Virus record (IMG/VR): IMGVR_UViG_3300045988_119069
DNA: 64,000 bases
DNA from: a virus
Strand: one strand, 5' to 3'
Under the pieces are notes generated by a model. It did no database searches and was not told the origin of the DNA. It saw only the letters and a program-made list of their open reading frames with translations. Of the stretch, positions 1 through 9,497 are shown piece by piece (positions within the stretch are counted from its first letter, which is position 1; each line of letters begins with the position of its first letter). The position numbers and the translations under genes are program-made.

Positions 1-2
1 GC

Positions 3-479
3 CAGCTCACTCGTACACAGCGTAAGACTACAGCTTTTGGCAGACGGTTGGGCGATACAGCCAACAAATATACCGACTTGCCGCCGTCCGCTTCAGTGGA
101 ACGTGAATGGGCAAGATGCAAGAAGGCACATGATGACGGGAAGGTAGGCGAATATAAGCAGATGCAGATACGCGACCTGGCAAGGCTGACGGGAACATCT
201 CAAGAAACGGCAAGGGATGTTTACTATTTGTATGCCTTGTTGTATAATATCGTGCTGCGCCTGAAACCTTCTGTCTCGTGTAATCTCACGTCCGACCAGA
301 TACATGTTTTTCATGCGAAAAGCATGGAATTGCTCAAGGGTTGGAACGGAGAGGAAGTAAGCAATCTTGTCATCAAGACCACCATCACCAATGCCGTTCT
401 TGCCATCAGCAAGCAGTTAGGGTGGAGTCTTACCCGTAGCGGAGTTTTGCGCAGTGTTCACGAAATAATGAATATTTAG
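3..479 (+). CDS. hypothetical protein, 5'-partial (frame open to window edge)
   Basis: The frame of ORF 48-479 stays open back to nt 3, so the listed TTG start is probably internal. Ends in TAG at 477-479. Confidence 0.35.
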   Translation, partial: QLTRTQRKTTAFGRRLGDTANKYTDLPPSASVEREWARCKKAHDDGKVGEYKQMQIRDLARLTGTSQETARDVYYLYALLYNIVLRLKPSVSCNLTSDQIHVFHAKSMELLKGWNGEEVSNLVIKTTITNAVLAISKQLGWSLTRSGVLRSVHEIMNI

Positions 480-623
480 CATCTGACATTATACCGATAT
501 ATGGGCATCCGCTTCTATTTTGATAGTGATAGCGAATGGATGAAGAAGATTAAACAATAGAGGAAATTAAGGGAAAACAAAGGGAAATTTCCCCTAATTT
601 GTTTTCATTAAAAGAATATAGAT

Positions 624-983
624 ATGAAAGAACTAAATGCTTCTCAGTTAGGCACGGTTGAACTGTTCCGGAATGCGTGCAATCGTTTGGCAACCTTTGT
701 CAACATGCAGCTCTTTGACGGTTGTCGTAATTGGTATTGGATAGGTGATGAAGTAGGTGGAGCGTGTGACTTCGAGGAAGCCGACGTGCTGAATCCGGAA
801 GACATGGTGCGCATCATCGAGAACAATATGTCCTATGATGAATATGCCGAGTGGCGTGATGCAAATCTCGACCACGCGCAGTATATAAACTTAAAGTCGT
901 GGCTCATGGGCGCACGGCATGAAATGTTTAATAAAGAAAATGGCTATGAAAGCGAGATTGGCAAAGAAAACAGTGAAGGCTAA
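624..983 (+). CDS. hypothetical protein (119 aa)
   Basis: ORF track. ATG start preceded by an A-rich leader. No recognisable motif. Confidence 0.4.
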   Translation: MKELNASQLGTVELFRNACNRLATFVNMQLFDGCRNWYWIGDEVGGACDFEEADVLNPEDMVRIIENNMSYDEYAEWRDANLDHAQYINLKSWLMGARHEMFNKENGYESEIGKENSEG

Positions 984-1112
984 CGTCTGAAGCAAGAGAT
1001 TTGACATTCATACTTGTAATTATAGATTTGCAATATTCTTTTATTCAAATGTTTTGTCCTTAGCGAAGGACATAGTTGTTCTTTTGGCAGTCGTTGTGAA
1101 ACGGCTGCCTTT

Positions 1113-3110
1113 TTATCTTCCGCTCGGCAGCACGAACCAACCGCCACCGCCACGGAAGAACTTGCAACCTAAGTACAGCGTATCGAAGGCATCCGTGAAG
1201 TCGGTACGTTGCTGCAGGGGCAGCGTGTCTTCGCTCTCAGGCTTCTTCTCCTGACTCTTGTCTTTATGGAAACCCTTATACGAAATCTGCACCTCGCACA
1301 GCTGCATGGCAATGATAAGGTCCGGGTTGTTCGGCTGGTTGATGCGGATGGCAGGGTAGGAGAGGTGCGCCAAGCCGTCGTTGATAATCTTGTGCTTTAC
1401 CTCGTGCTTCTCGGGAGCACCCATATCTATGGCTGTCACGTTCCACCCTCGCTTCTCTAATTCTGCAATCACGGTCATATAGAATCGCTCGTCTGACGAA
1501 GCGTAGGATGCTCCCTGCTTAGCCGTAGCATCATAAAAATACGTCACGTCGCGGTTGATGGCCCGCTTCGGTGCGTAATAATCCGAAAAATCGGCTATCA
1601 GTTCACGCAGTTTGCGCTCGTTCTTCACATAAAAACTCTTGATGACGTTCAGACATTCCATGCCGTCACGCTCGTACATCTGCCCAACCACCAACGTATT
1701 TATGTTAGCATTGTAATCCAAGGCTATATATAAATTTAAAGAGTTGATGCAGTCGGCATCCATGCGGCAGTCGTTGCGCTCGGACAGTTCTTTCAGATCC
1801 GGCTGATAACTCTCCGAAGTGACCTTTTGTCCGTTGATGATACCTGTAGCCTTGACAGTAGAGAATTTCGCCTGACTGAGAGGGTCTATAGAGTCGCCTG
1901 GGTCGTAACCGTGAACATTGTCGATGTCGAGATTAGAGTAAAAGCCATCGTTCGACTTCTGCATCTTTATGTTCAGCACTGAGCAAGCGAAGGTGTACGC
2001 CGGAAGATCTCGCTTGAGCTGTCGGATGTAATCTTCCCCTAAAAGGTCCACGTTTTCGAGCGTAGAAGCTCTCTCCACAACAAAACCTACGCGGCGCAGC
2101 TCACGCAGATAGCCGTCCTGAAACTTCTTTGAGCGCAGGAACATCTGCATTTCAAAATCCTCTCCAGGCGTAATCAGATATTCATAGTCGTAAACCAGTT
2201 CGGCATCATCCACGGAGAGTAGCTTATAGTTTACCGCCATATCCACCATTGCCTTCGTGATGTGCTTGCCATGATTAGGCATGATACGAAACTCTCCCTC
2301 ATGCTTCATCATCTTCAGAGCCGTGTCGCGAATATCTTCTTTTACTTCTGCCGGCACCACATGCACCGAATGCCCCGACTTCTTTGCATTGTAAAGCATA
2401 TCGTTGTAGCGTATAACCTTGTCGGCATATTCCTCCAACTGTTCTTGCACCCACCGATAACTTTTGCCCTTGAACGGACCCGTCTCAACGGTCAGTTCCA
2501 GCTTCTCGTCCTCATGTTCGAGCCACGAACCTTTAGCGGTCAGCGAAGCATCCGACACAAAGAGTCGTCCGCGGTAAAACGGATTGTATTCCGAGAAATT
2601 GATTTCGCCCAACGGATGTGTCTGTCCGGAAAGCGAAGGCATAAACTCCTCGTCAATCTTCTTTTTCGGAGCAAAGCGTCCCTCGTCCAATATTGCGTGT
2701 GAAAAAGTGTGGGAGTTTGAACTTGCCACCTGCGCCAGTGATATTGCTGCCCACTGGGCACCGTTAGCCAGCCAGATGATGTTGTCATAGTTTTTCGGCT
2801 TGAAGATGCTCGGTCGGGCATGACGTGGCGGTCGTCCCCAGCCCATGTGGATGCCGAGCACGAAGCCGAACATACGTTCCATAGCCGCCATTGTGCCAGG
2901 AATGGTTTTCGAGAAAGCCTGCTGTCGGGAAATGGCGAGCCATGCGCCCAGCATACCCGGCATGCTGTTGCTGACAGCCCAGACGCGCGGTGCCACAAGA
3001 CCGTCGGTCTTACCCGTGCGTCGTCCTGCAATCACAGTTTCGTCTTTCGCTCCGATATGGAGCATCCGCTGCTGAAAGCGAGTCAGATAGATTTGGTGAG
3101 GTTGCTGCAT
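1113..3110 (-). CDS. terL: terminase large subunit
   Basis: 665 aa. Walker A-like AGRRTGKT and Walker B HAILDEGRF near the N-terminus, followed by a long nuclease-sized C-terminal half. Last gene of a minus-strand operon. Confidence 0.8.
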   Translation of the reverse strand: MQQPHQIYLTRFQQRMLHIGAKDETVIAGRRTGKTDGLVAPRVWAVSNSMPGMLGAWLAISRQQAFSKTIPGTMAAMERMFGFVLGIHMGWGRPPRHARPSIFKPKNYDNIIWLANGAQWAAISLAQVASSNSHTFSHAILDEGRFAPKKKIDEEFMPSLSGQTHPLGEINFSEYNPFYRGRLFVSDASLTAKGSWLEHEDEKLELTVETGPFKGKSYRWVQEQLEEYADKVIRYNDMLYNAKKSGHSVHVVPAEVKEDIRDTALKMMKHEGEFRIMPNHGKHITKAMVDMAVNYKLLSVDDAELVYDYEYLITPGEDFEMQMFLRSKKFQDGYLRELRRVGFVVERASTLENVDLLGEDYIRQLKRDLPAYTFACSVLNIKMQKSNDGFYSNLDIDNVHGYDPGDSIDPLSQAKFSTVKATGIINGQKVTSESYQPDLKELSERNDCRMDADCINSLNLYIALDYNANINTLVVGQMYERDGMECLNVIKSFYVKNERKLRELIADFSDYYAPKRAINRDVTYFYDATAKQGASYASSDERFYMTVIAELEKRGWNVTAIDMGAPEKHEVKHKIINDGLAHLSYPAIRINQPNNPDLIIAMQLCEVQISYKGFHKDKSQEKKPESEDTLPLQQRTDFTDAFDTLYLGCKFFRGGGGWFVLPSGR

Positions 3111-3140
3111 ATTGTTATCCTGATTTTGTGTTGTTCAAAC

Positions 3141-3273
3141 CACAGAGGACACGTTTTTTCTACTAACGGAACACACAGAAACAACAGAAAAACAAATGTG
3201 TCGTATCTTGAATATTTCTGTGAATTTCGTGCTTTCTGTTGGCTTTTACATCTGTGTTCTATGTGTCCTCTGT
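3141..3273. repeat. long imperfect intergenic hairpin (H1)
   Basis: acagaggacac (3142-3152) pairs perfectly with gtgtcctctgt (3263-3273). Inner arms are built from acagaaa/tttctgt words. A T-run follows on the + strand. Confidence 0.6.
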
Positions 3274-3510
3274 AGTTTTATTTTTTTCGTTGGCGATATG
3301 TCCCACGTGCCATTTACTGCAGGTCCTGCACCGATACACCGTATATCCCTGTGCTTTGAGCTTCGGATTCTCTTGCAAGAACTCCCAAGCATCATCCTCC
3401 GTCTCGTAGGCCTCCTTCGCCTTCCATGAGCGTTGCTTGCGAGTGTAGTGCTCAGGGTCCGGCTTGAACGGCGGAATCTTGTTGAAATATTTGTGTCGTT
3501 TGTTGCTCAT
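3259..3510 (-). CDS. small hypothetical protein (83 aa)
   Basis: ORF packed between the MTase and terL. CRTCSKWH motif. Stop is TAG, with a TAA 5 codons later. Confidence 0.4.
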   Translation of the reverse strand: MSNKRHKYFNKIPPFKPDPEHYTRKQRSWKAKEAYETEDDAWEFLQENPKLKAQGYTVYRCRTCSKWHVGHIANEKNKTTEDT

Positions 3511-3561
3511 GTATTGTTTTTGTGTTGTTTTGTTTTGTTTTCTCTGTTGTTCTGACTCCCC

Positions 3562-4161
3562 TCAGTTAAACCATTTCACAGTCGTCTCGCCCTTATATCC
3601 TTTCTCCCATACAAACCAGGCGTAAGCCGCAGCGCTGCTTCCGCACTTGTCGAAGTCTCCATTCATAGCGCATTTCAGTCGCGACGAACTTACCCAAACG
3701 CGAATGGGGGGGGAAGAACGGAAGAGAGCGCGTCGGGCCTTGCCTTCGAGGAAAGTCAGCTTCAGAAACATCGCCACCTTCTTTCCTTTGGGAATGATGT
3801 TCAGAGCCTTCTCCACAAACTGCTGCGCGAATTTGTAGGGAGGATTGGTAACGATGTCTCCGTCCCACGCCAAATTATCAATAGCGAGGAAGTCAGCCAC
3901 CTCGCCGTAGCCTCTATCCACAAGGTCGCGGCTCACCACCTCATACCCTGCTGCCTTCAGCACCTCGCTCATGTGACCCTCGCCACACGACGGCTCAAGA
4001 ATCCTTCTCTCAAATTGTTCCAGCTTGCACAGCCATTCCGTCGCCTTCGGTTCTGTGGCATAGTAATCCTCCCGCTGCCTATCCGCATCCGTATGGTTGC
4101 TTGCGCCCAATGTCTTGAACACAGCAGCCGAGCCACCTACCCAGTCCTTAGCCATTGTCAT
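3562..4161 (-). CDS. N6-adenine DNA methyltransferase (NPPY type)
   Basis: Motif I-like ILEPSCGEGH and motif IV IVTNPPYKF. A C8 homopolymer on the coding strand lies at 3706-3713. Confidence 0.75.
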   Translation of the reverse strand: MTMAKDWVGGSAAVFKTLGASNHTDADRQREDYYATEPKATEWLCKLEQFERRILEPSCGEGHMSEVLKAAGYEVVSRDLVDRGYGEVADFLAIDNLAWDGDIVTNPPYKFAQQFVEKALNIIPKGKKVAMFLKLTFLEGKARRALFRSSPPIRVWVSSSRLKCAMNGDFDKCGSSAAAYAWFVWEKGYKGETTVKWFN

Positions 4162-4197
4162 CCTCCTTTCCGCATTTAATTGAATAGTTCATGTCTT

Positions 4198-4527
4198 TTA
4201 CATTTTGAATTGTCGTTTCAAGAAAGAATTACTCTTTATGAGATCTATTATTTCCTTCTCTGAGTGTAAACCCTCCCAAAATACTTCAGTATGTGAATAA
4301 CTTCTTTCATCATCAACAGAGAACGGCACGGCATAGTTGGTATATACAACGCCGTGATGTTTTATCAAGTGGCGACCCGGATTTTTGTAGATGTTATCAA
4401 TCCACTTTTCGTTGTCACATTCAGTCCATATTTTGTATTCTTCATGGGTAAGGCCCTTGTCGATACCCATAGGATAGTGCCCAGCCTTGCCGTTGCCTTC
4501 AGTCCCGAAATAAATTATCTTTGCCAT
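4198..4527 (-). CDS. hypothetical protein (109 aa)
   Basis: ORF track. In the operon between the PAPS-reductase-like gene and the MTase. Confidence 0.4.
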   Translation of the reverse strand: MAKIIYFGTEGNGKAGHYPMGIDKGLTHEEYKIWTECDNEKWIDNIYKNPGRHLIKHHGVVYTNYAVPFSVDDERSYSHTEVFWEGLHSEKEIIDLIKSNSFLKRQFKM

Positions 4528-4548
4528 ATCGTGATTGTTTTGTGTTGT

Positions 4549-5400
4549 TTATAATGTCAAGTCAATACCAAATTCTCTTTCCAAGAACTCCTTCCAGTCC
4601 GGTTTCCCGAACAGCGAAACGTTAGCCTTCTGCCAATCCTTTTCGCGAGGGAAGAACACATCACGCGCAAACCATTCGTACACGTTGTCGTAGCGTTGAC
4701 GGACTTTTGCGTCGGGATGATTGTTCCAAAAGCGTTGCCCGGCACGTAGGTAGGCTCGTGCCATACGCGGATAATCCTTGAAGTAGAGGATGCGCTTGCG
4801 TTCTGTGGCGAGAGGGCAGCACATACAGCCGAGGCGTTTCGACACGTCGATTTGCCCCCGACTGGTATAATAGACTGGAGCGAGTGTCAGATGCCGATCT
4901 TCGACGAAAGCCAACACATCATTGTCCGTCCAATCGAGAATAGGATAAATGGCTTCCACATGATTGGCTTCCGTCTTACGACCGTAAAAACGGCATTCCG
5001 TAGGTTCGTTCTATCGCTCGTTGCGTTTCGAGCTCTCCGACTTCCTTACGCCCATGATGCACTTATCCATAACCTTATACTCCTTCAACTTCTCGCAACA
5101 GAATCTCGAGAAACGGTTAGGAAATCCCTTTTTCGCTACAATCTGAAAGAACGTTTCTTTTGGTCGGAGTATTTCGGCACCCATACGCTCCACATGGGCA
5201 ATCGTCCCTGGAGGGTCAATCGTAGTGTTGCGGTAGATGGCACGGAAGCGGATTCCTGCCTCCTTAGCCAGTTGCAGAATCACGTCCGAGTCTTTGCCAC
5301 CCGAATACGCCACCTCTATCTCACCGTCGTACCCATGCTGTATGCCTTGAAGCAGACGGATGGCACGGTCAATTTTCTTTTGTAAATCCTCTGTTACCAT
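4549..5400 (-). CDS. PAPS-reductase-like PP-loop ATPase, interrupted by one in-frame TAG
   Basis: The N-half (5011-5400) carries the PP-loop SGGKDS and RKSES motifs. The C-half (4549-4959) carries YPILDW and GCMCCP. Both halves share one frame, separated only by TAG at 5011-5013. The C-half has only an internal GTG start. Confidence 0.7.
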
Positions 5401-5473
5401 ATCGTTGCTATATTGTTTTTGTTTATGAAGTTTATGTTATGCCTATTACTTCGCTAAGGTTATTCCTGTCACC

Positions 5474-6493
5474 TTATATTCCGTACTCCTTCAGATACCC
5501 CTCACACTTGAATCCCTTTCTTGGCATGAAGTCCTTAAAGTCGGTGGTGCAGAATATCATTCGCTTGTTGCACCATCGGGCCATATCCTTTTGCCATTCG
5601 GGGATGACGTGATTTGGATTTGTAGGGTTGCGGTATGGTTGTGCGTAGGCATACACGGCTCTGCCTTCATGGTTTTTGCGGAAGCGTTGCAGTCGCTCCC
5701 ACCAGTAGTGTAGACGGTGGTAACATTCTCGGAAGTTGTTCTTTCCGCCTATCATGGTATAGAGAAAGTATTCGCCACGGAATCCTGCATCATTGATTAG
5801 CTTCATGGCTCGTTCACATTCCGCTATCTGTGCCGTGGTGTCGCAACCGAAGCGGATGCGAGAGTCTATCCATTTCACTTTGCCCAACAGTTCTGCATAT
5901 TCGGTAGTGACAAGCCGTGCGTCCATCGCCTGATTGAAGTCGATATGATACCCTCCCCGAATGATTTTTTCCAACTGTTCTTTTGCATAGTCGCCAGCTG
6001 CAAGGATGTTGTTATCCATTAACACAACGTGCGTTCTGCCCCCGATGGCTATCTCTTCTATATCCATGTACGGACGGATGAACCCTTCCTTCTTTGGCAC
6101 CACACACCAAAAACACTTGTTGGGACAGCCCTCGGTCAGTTTGCCGTAAGCATGGTTCTTTGGCACCCATGGGAACAACTCGTATAGCGGTTGCAGTCGG
6201 TCTATCTCGTCGGGAAGACGCTTATAGATGTCGTAGCCAGTGCCACCCTTCTCCAGTCGGTCGTAGGAGAACTGCCGAAAGTCGATGTCGGGCGAAAAGT
6301 TGAAAACCTTGCTGGCATACAGTATATCGTAATGATGCCTGTCGAAAAGGTCGGTAGGTTGTGCCCATTCCACTTCATCGCCCCTTGTCGTGTACCAACG
6401 GGCAATCTTGCCGAGAGCCACGTTAGGGTATATCGTAGCTCCCCGTTTCTTTTTGCCGTGTCGTCCGTCCACGTCTATGAGTCCTATTTTCAT
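5474..6493 (-). CDS. radical SAM domain protein
   Basis: CPNKCFWC matches the CX3CX2C iron-sulfur motif. N-terminal Rossmann-like MKIGLIDVDG segment. 339 aa. Confidence 0.75.
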   Translation of the reverse strand: MKIGLIDVDGRHGKKKRGATIYPNVALGKIARWYTTRGDEVEWAQPTDLFDRHHYDILYASKVFNFSPDIDFRQFSYDRLEKGGTGYDIYKRLPDEIDRLQPLYELFPWVPKNHAYGKLTEGCPNKCFWCVVPKKEGFIRPYMDIEEIAIGGRTHVVLMDNNILAAGDYAKEQLEKIIRGGYHIDFNQAMDARLVTTEYAELLGKVKWIDSRIRFGCDTTAQIAECERAMKLINDAGFRGEYFLYTMIGGKNNFRECYHRLHYWWERLQRFRKNHEGRAVYAYAQPYRNPTNPNHVIPEWQKDMARWCNKRMIFCTTDFKDFMPRKGFKCEGYLKEYGI

Positions 6494-6514
6494 CTCTATT
6501 CCTTATGTTTCCGT

Positions 6515-7321
6515 TTATTCCGCGTCATCCGTTGGCTCGGAATTATTTGTCAATTTGCTTTCTTTCATGTACCCGTGTCTAATCACATCCTCCTCGTCCT
6601 TCTCCTCCATATACTCGAAGTAGTCCGGCTCTTCCGGCTTCTCCCCACTCAGCAGTTCCTCGTCTTCTATCTCCTGCAGGTCCTTGGTAGTAAGACCATA
6701 CTTGCGAGCCATGCGTAGCTTCTCCTCCTCGGTGTAGTTGATGCGGTCGCGCTTCACGATGCTCACGTCCTGCGTGATGGCAATGTGGCTCATGTCCGGC
6801 ATCTCGTCCGTAGCATCGCGCTCCTCCTGGAAGTTGCCATACACATTAGCTAAGGCTTCCATGCCCTTCGCCACAGCACGGTCGTTGTTCTGTTGCTTGC
6901 CTGTGCGGATAAGCCATTCTGCCGAGCTGAGGAACATGGCTTTATGACGCGGACTGTCATCCGTCTGGAAGAAACTTATAAGATGGTTGCATACTGTCAC
7001 GTCGTTGTTAATTTCCGTGACAGTACGCGGACGGATATTCCCCTCGTCGTCGAGCGAAATCTTCAGAGCAAGCATTAATGCCTGAGCCTCTTCGTTGCCT
7101 TGGGCGGCTTGATTGAAGAATATCTCATAGTCACGCCGGGCAATATTGCGGCACACGGTGTGAGGGTCAATATCCTTGTTATGCTCCCACCGTTTGTAAA
7201 ATTCAAAGCACACCTGCATACGGTAGCGTTGCTCCAGCTTGGGAAACGCCTTCTCAATGGATGTGCCGTAGCTCAACCACTTGTCTATACGGGCGAGCGT
7301 GTTTTGCGTAAGTCCTGACAT
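6515..7321 (-). CDS. hypothetical protein (possible small terminase; positional guess only)
   Basis: 268 aa with a very acidic C-terminus. First gene of the minus-strand operon that ends in terL. Confidence 0.3.
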   Translation of the reverse strand: MSGLTQNTLARIDKWLSYGTSIEKAFPKLEQRYRMQVCFEFYKRWEHNKDIDPHTVCRNIARRDYEIFFNQAAQGNEEAQALMLALKISLDDEGNIRPRTVTEINNDVTVCNHLISFFQTDDSPRHKAMFLSSAEWLIRTGKQQNNDRAVAKGMEALANVYGNFQEERDATDEMPDMSHIAITQDVSIVKRDRINYTEEEKLRMARKYGLTTKDLQEIEDEELLSGEKPEEPDYFEYMEEKDEEDVIRHGYMKESKLTNNSEPTDDAE

Positions 7322-7361
7322 ATCATCATCGTTTTATGTTGTCTCAGACGAACTTCAGTTA

Positions 7362-7447
7362 TCATCGAATGAATCGAACTGTTGCTCGTGGTTTTTTTTG
7401 AACAACGAATTTCACGAATTGTTTGCTTCATTCGTTTCATTCGATGA
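7362..7447. repeat. word-periodic intergenic hairpin (H2)
   Basis: tcatcgaatgaa (7362-7373) pairs with ttcattcgatga (7436-7447). Inner cacgaa/ttcgtg-type words. Lies in a divergent intergenic region. Confidence 0.6.
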
Positions 7448-7580
7448 CTCTTCTTATCCGTCCCCAACGTTTCTATATTCGTGTAATTAGTTATTACCGC
7501 ATCTGAGCGTGTTTTATCTTTTGTTGTTATCTCGCTTGTAAAGTTACGATATTCCTCCTCCCCCATACGGACATCCTCAA

Positions 7581-7633
7581 CCTCCCCGTACCCCACCCTG
7601 TCCGCTGTGAGTAGCAGCTTATAGCTATCTTTG
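7581..7633 (+). promoter_or_regulatory. candidate promoter: C-rich upstream element plus TATCTTTG -7 box
   Basis: cctccccg (7581-7588), gtccgc (7600-7605) and TAnnTTTG-type tatctttg (7626-7633), 48 nt upstream of the holin-like start. The same composite recurs at 29655 and 44094. Confidence 0.5.
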
Positions 7634-7680
7634 TTGCATAAAATTCAGGACAACAACAACACAAAAACACAACACAAAAC

Positions 7681-8205
7681 ATGAACAATCCATTCTATGT
7701 CTCGCGAGCCATTGCCGCAGTGCTCGGCTTGCTGTGGGTTCACATAGAACCCTCTATTGATTTTATCACCGTGTGCTTCTTCGCCCTCATCATCGACTGC
7801 TATACGGCTTGGCGTTGCAACCGTCGTATCTACCAACGATACCGCGAGGAGATAAAGCGCAACCCGAAGTGTAAGATGGACGGTAAGCTGCGCTCCAAGA
7901 AGATGGCAAAGATGGTGTGGACCTTCTCCGTGCTTATCATGTGCATCTGCCTTGCCTCGTATCTTGACCGCAACATTCTCGGCTACATGAACACTCACCT
8001 CGCCAACCAGCTCACGGCCATGTACTGCCTGGTGCAGTTCGTCTCTATTCTCGAAAACGAGAGCACCTGCAACGGAGCGGCTTGGGCAAGAGTGCTGCAA
8101 AAGATTGTGGCAGACAAGACCGAGCGACACTTCAACGTGAAGCTGAAGGAGCTGATGAAGGACAAGGAGGAAGCGGAGGAAGCCGCTGACACCACGAAAG
8201 AATAA
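7681..8205 (+). CDS. holin-family membrane protein (Phage_holin_4-like)
   Basis: Several TM helices. IDCYTAW, SKKMAKM and SILENES motifs resemble the toxin-secretion/phage-lysis holin family. Charged C-terminus. Confidence 0.5.
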   Translation: MNNPFYVSRAIAAVLGLLWVHIEPSIDFITVCFFALIIDCYTAWRCNRRIYQRYREEIKRNPKCKMDGKLRSKKMAKMVWTFSVLIMCICLASYLDRNILGYMNTHLANQLTAMYCLVQFVSILENESTCNGAAWARVLQKIVADKTERHFNVKLKELMKDKEEAEEAADTTKE

Positions 8206-8227
8206 CTATCCGCGGATGATGTTTTAT

Positions 8228-8290
8228 GCCAACGGATAACACGAAGGACACGAATACGAAAAATCCGTGATATTCGTACTATCCGTTGGC
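8228..8290. repeat. word-periodic intergenic hairpin (H3)
   Basis: gccaacggata (8228-8238) pairs perfectly with tatccgttggc (8280-8290). The left arm gccaacggataacacgaag is identical to 44029-44047. Confidence 0.7.
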
Positions 8291-8310
8291 AACAAAAAAC
8301 AAGCAGTACT

Positions 8311-8901
8311 ATGACAATAAGCAATATTCTTGAGCATTGGGCTTCCATCTACAAGCCCCTATCTCACAAACCTGAAAGCGAACGCTTGGAAGACCAGAGC
8401 TTCTTCCGCATCCGCTGCATCGACCTTGAGAACATTTTTTCCAGAAACGCCAACATCGTTCACTCGCCGTGTATGCTATACAGCATCATTACCACTGGTG
8501 AACTCGTTGACGCAAAGAAGGCATCTGTCTCTCAGCAGGTGTGGTTTCTCGCTAAAGTAAAAGACACACCGCAGACCCTTGGCCGTTACGACGGTCGCAA
8601 GATGGAACAGACAGCCGAAAGTCTGAAGGACTATTGTAAAGACCTCGTGTCGTGGCTTCTTGAGGTGAAGCGCACAGGCCGCTGTCCCGTCACAAAGCGC
8701 AGCTTTGCCGATGATGCCGTAGTGATGGCAGAGCTGCAAAGCATCGACACCAGTTCTATCTCCTTCGGCATGGTGGGCGACATCTATGCCGGACAATGGC
8801 TCGTGGTGGGCATGGACTGGAAGAGCCTGCAGCCGCTCTACAACTTCGCGTGTGGCAGCAACGGAAAGTATATCGTGCCGAAAGAGGACTTAAAAGGATA
8901 G
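8311..8901 (+). CDS. hypothetical protein (196 aa)
   Basis: ORF track. Lies upstream of the tape measure. TAG stop. Confidence 0.4.
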   Translation: MTISNILEHWASIYKPLSHKPESERLEDQSFFRIRCIDLENIFSRNANIVHSPCMLYSIITTGELVDAKKASVSQQVWFLAKVKDTPQTLGRYDGRKMEQTAESLKDYCKDLVSWLLEVKRTGRCPVTKRSFADDAVVMAELQSIDTSSISFGMVGDIYAGQWLVVGMDWKSLQPLYNFACGSNGKYIVPKEDLKG

Positions 8902-8912
8902 GAGGGTAGGGC

Positions 8913-9473
8913 ATGGCACGTTTCATTTCTCCCGTACAAAAGCCTTTTGCACCTCTGTCGCGGGTAGCTCCGCTGTATCTCGACCAGACTCTTATGGACC
9001 TTGAGAAGAATATGCAAGCACAGCGTATTTATCCAACTGAGGTTTATAAGGGCTATGAGGAAATCAATCAATACCGCAAGAAGCATGGAATGTGGTGGTC
9101 TACCGGAGAGGGCGCAAAGTCGTTTGAAGGACACATCTATCAAGCCGACGACCAAAAAGGATTGCTCACGGTAGGTATTCGCTATAACGACTATTTGCGA
9201 TATGTTGACCTTGGTGTAGGCTTGACGGGCAAAATATATGTTCATGCGGAAGACGTAGACCGAGCACGTCCGGCAAAGAACGCCAAACGATACATTCGTG
9301 GCAAGTGGGACCGCAAACAAGGTAAATCACACCGTCCTGCCATCATGCGAACCATACGCAGATTGCGCGACCGCTATCGCAATTATCTTGCTGACTTCTA
9401 CGGTTATCAAGGTGGCATTGAAATTATCTATGCACTGGAAGGACTTGGCGAATACGCTAAATCTACATTCTAA
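8913..9473 (+). CDS. hypothetical protein (186 aa)
   Basis: ORF track. Immediately upstream of the tape measure. Confidence 0.4.
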   Translation: MARFISPVQKPFAPLSRVAPLYLDQTLMDLEKNMQAQRIYPTEVYKGYEEINQYRKKHGMWWSTGEGAKSFEGHIYQADDQKGLLTVGIRYNDYLRYVDLGVGLTGKIYVHAEDVDRARPAKNAKRYIRGKWDRKQGKSHRPAIMRTIRRLRDRYRNYLADFYGYQGGIEIIYALEGLGEYAKSTF

Positions 9474-9497
9474 CTTTAATTCAACACAAAAACTATT

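Noticed and set aside
8311-9473. The two ORFs upstream of the tape measure as a G/GT-type frameshifted tail-chaperone pair.
   Set aside because: There is no overlapping -1 frame and no slippery heptamer at the junction. The sizes (196 and 186 aa) do not fit. Read-through of the TAG at 8899 gives a non-protein-like extension.
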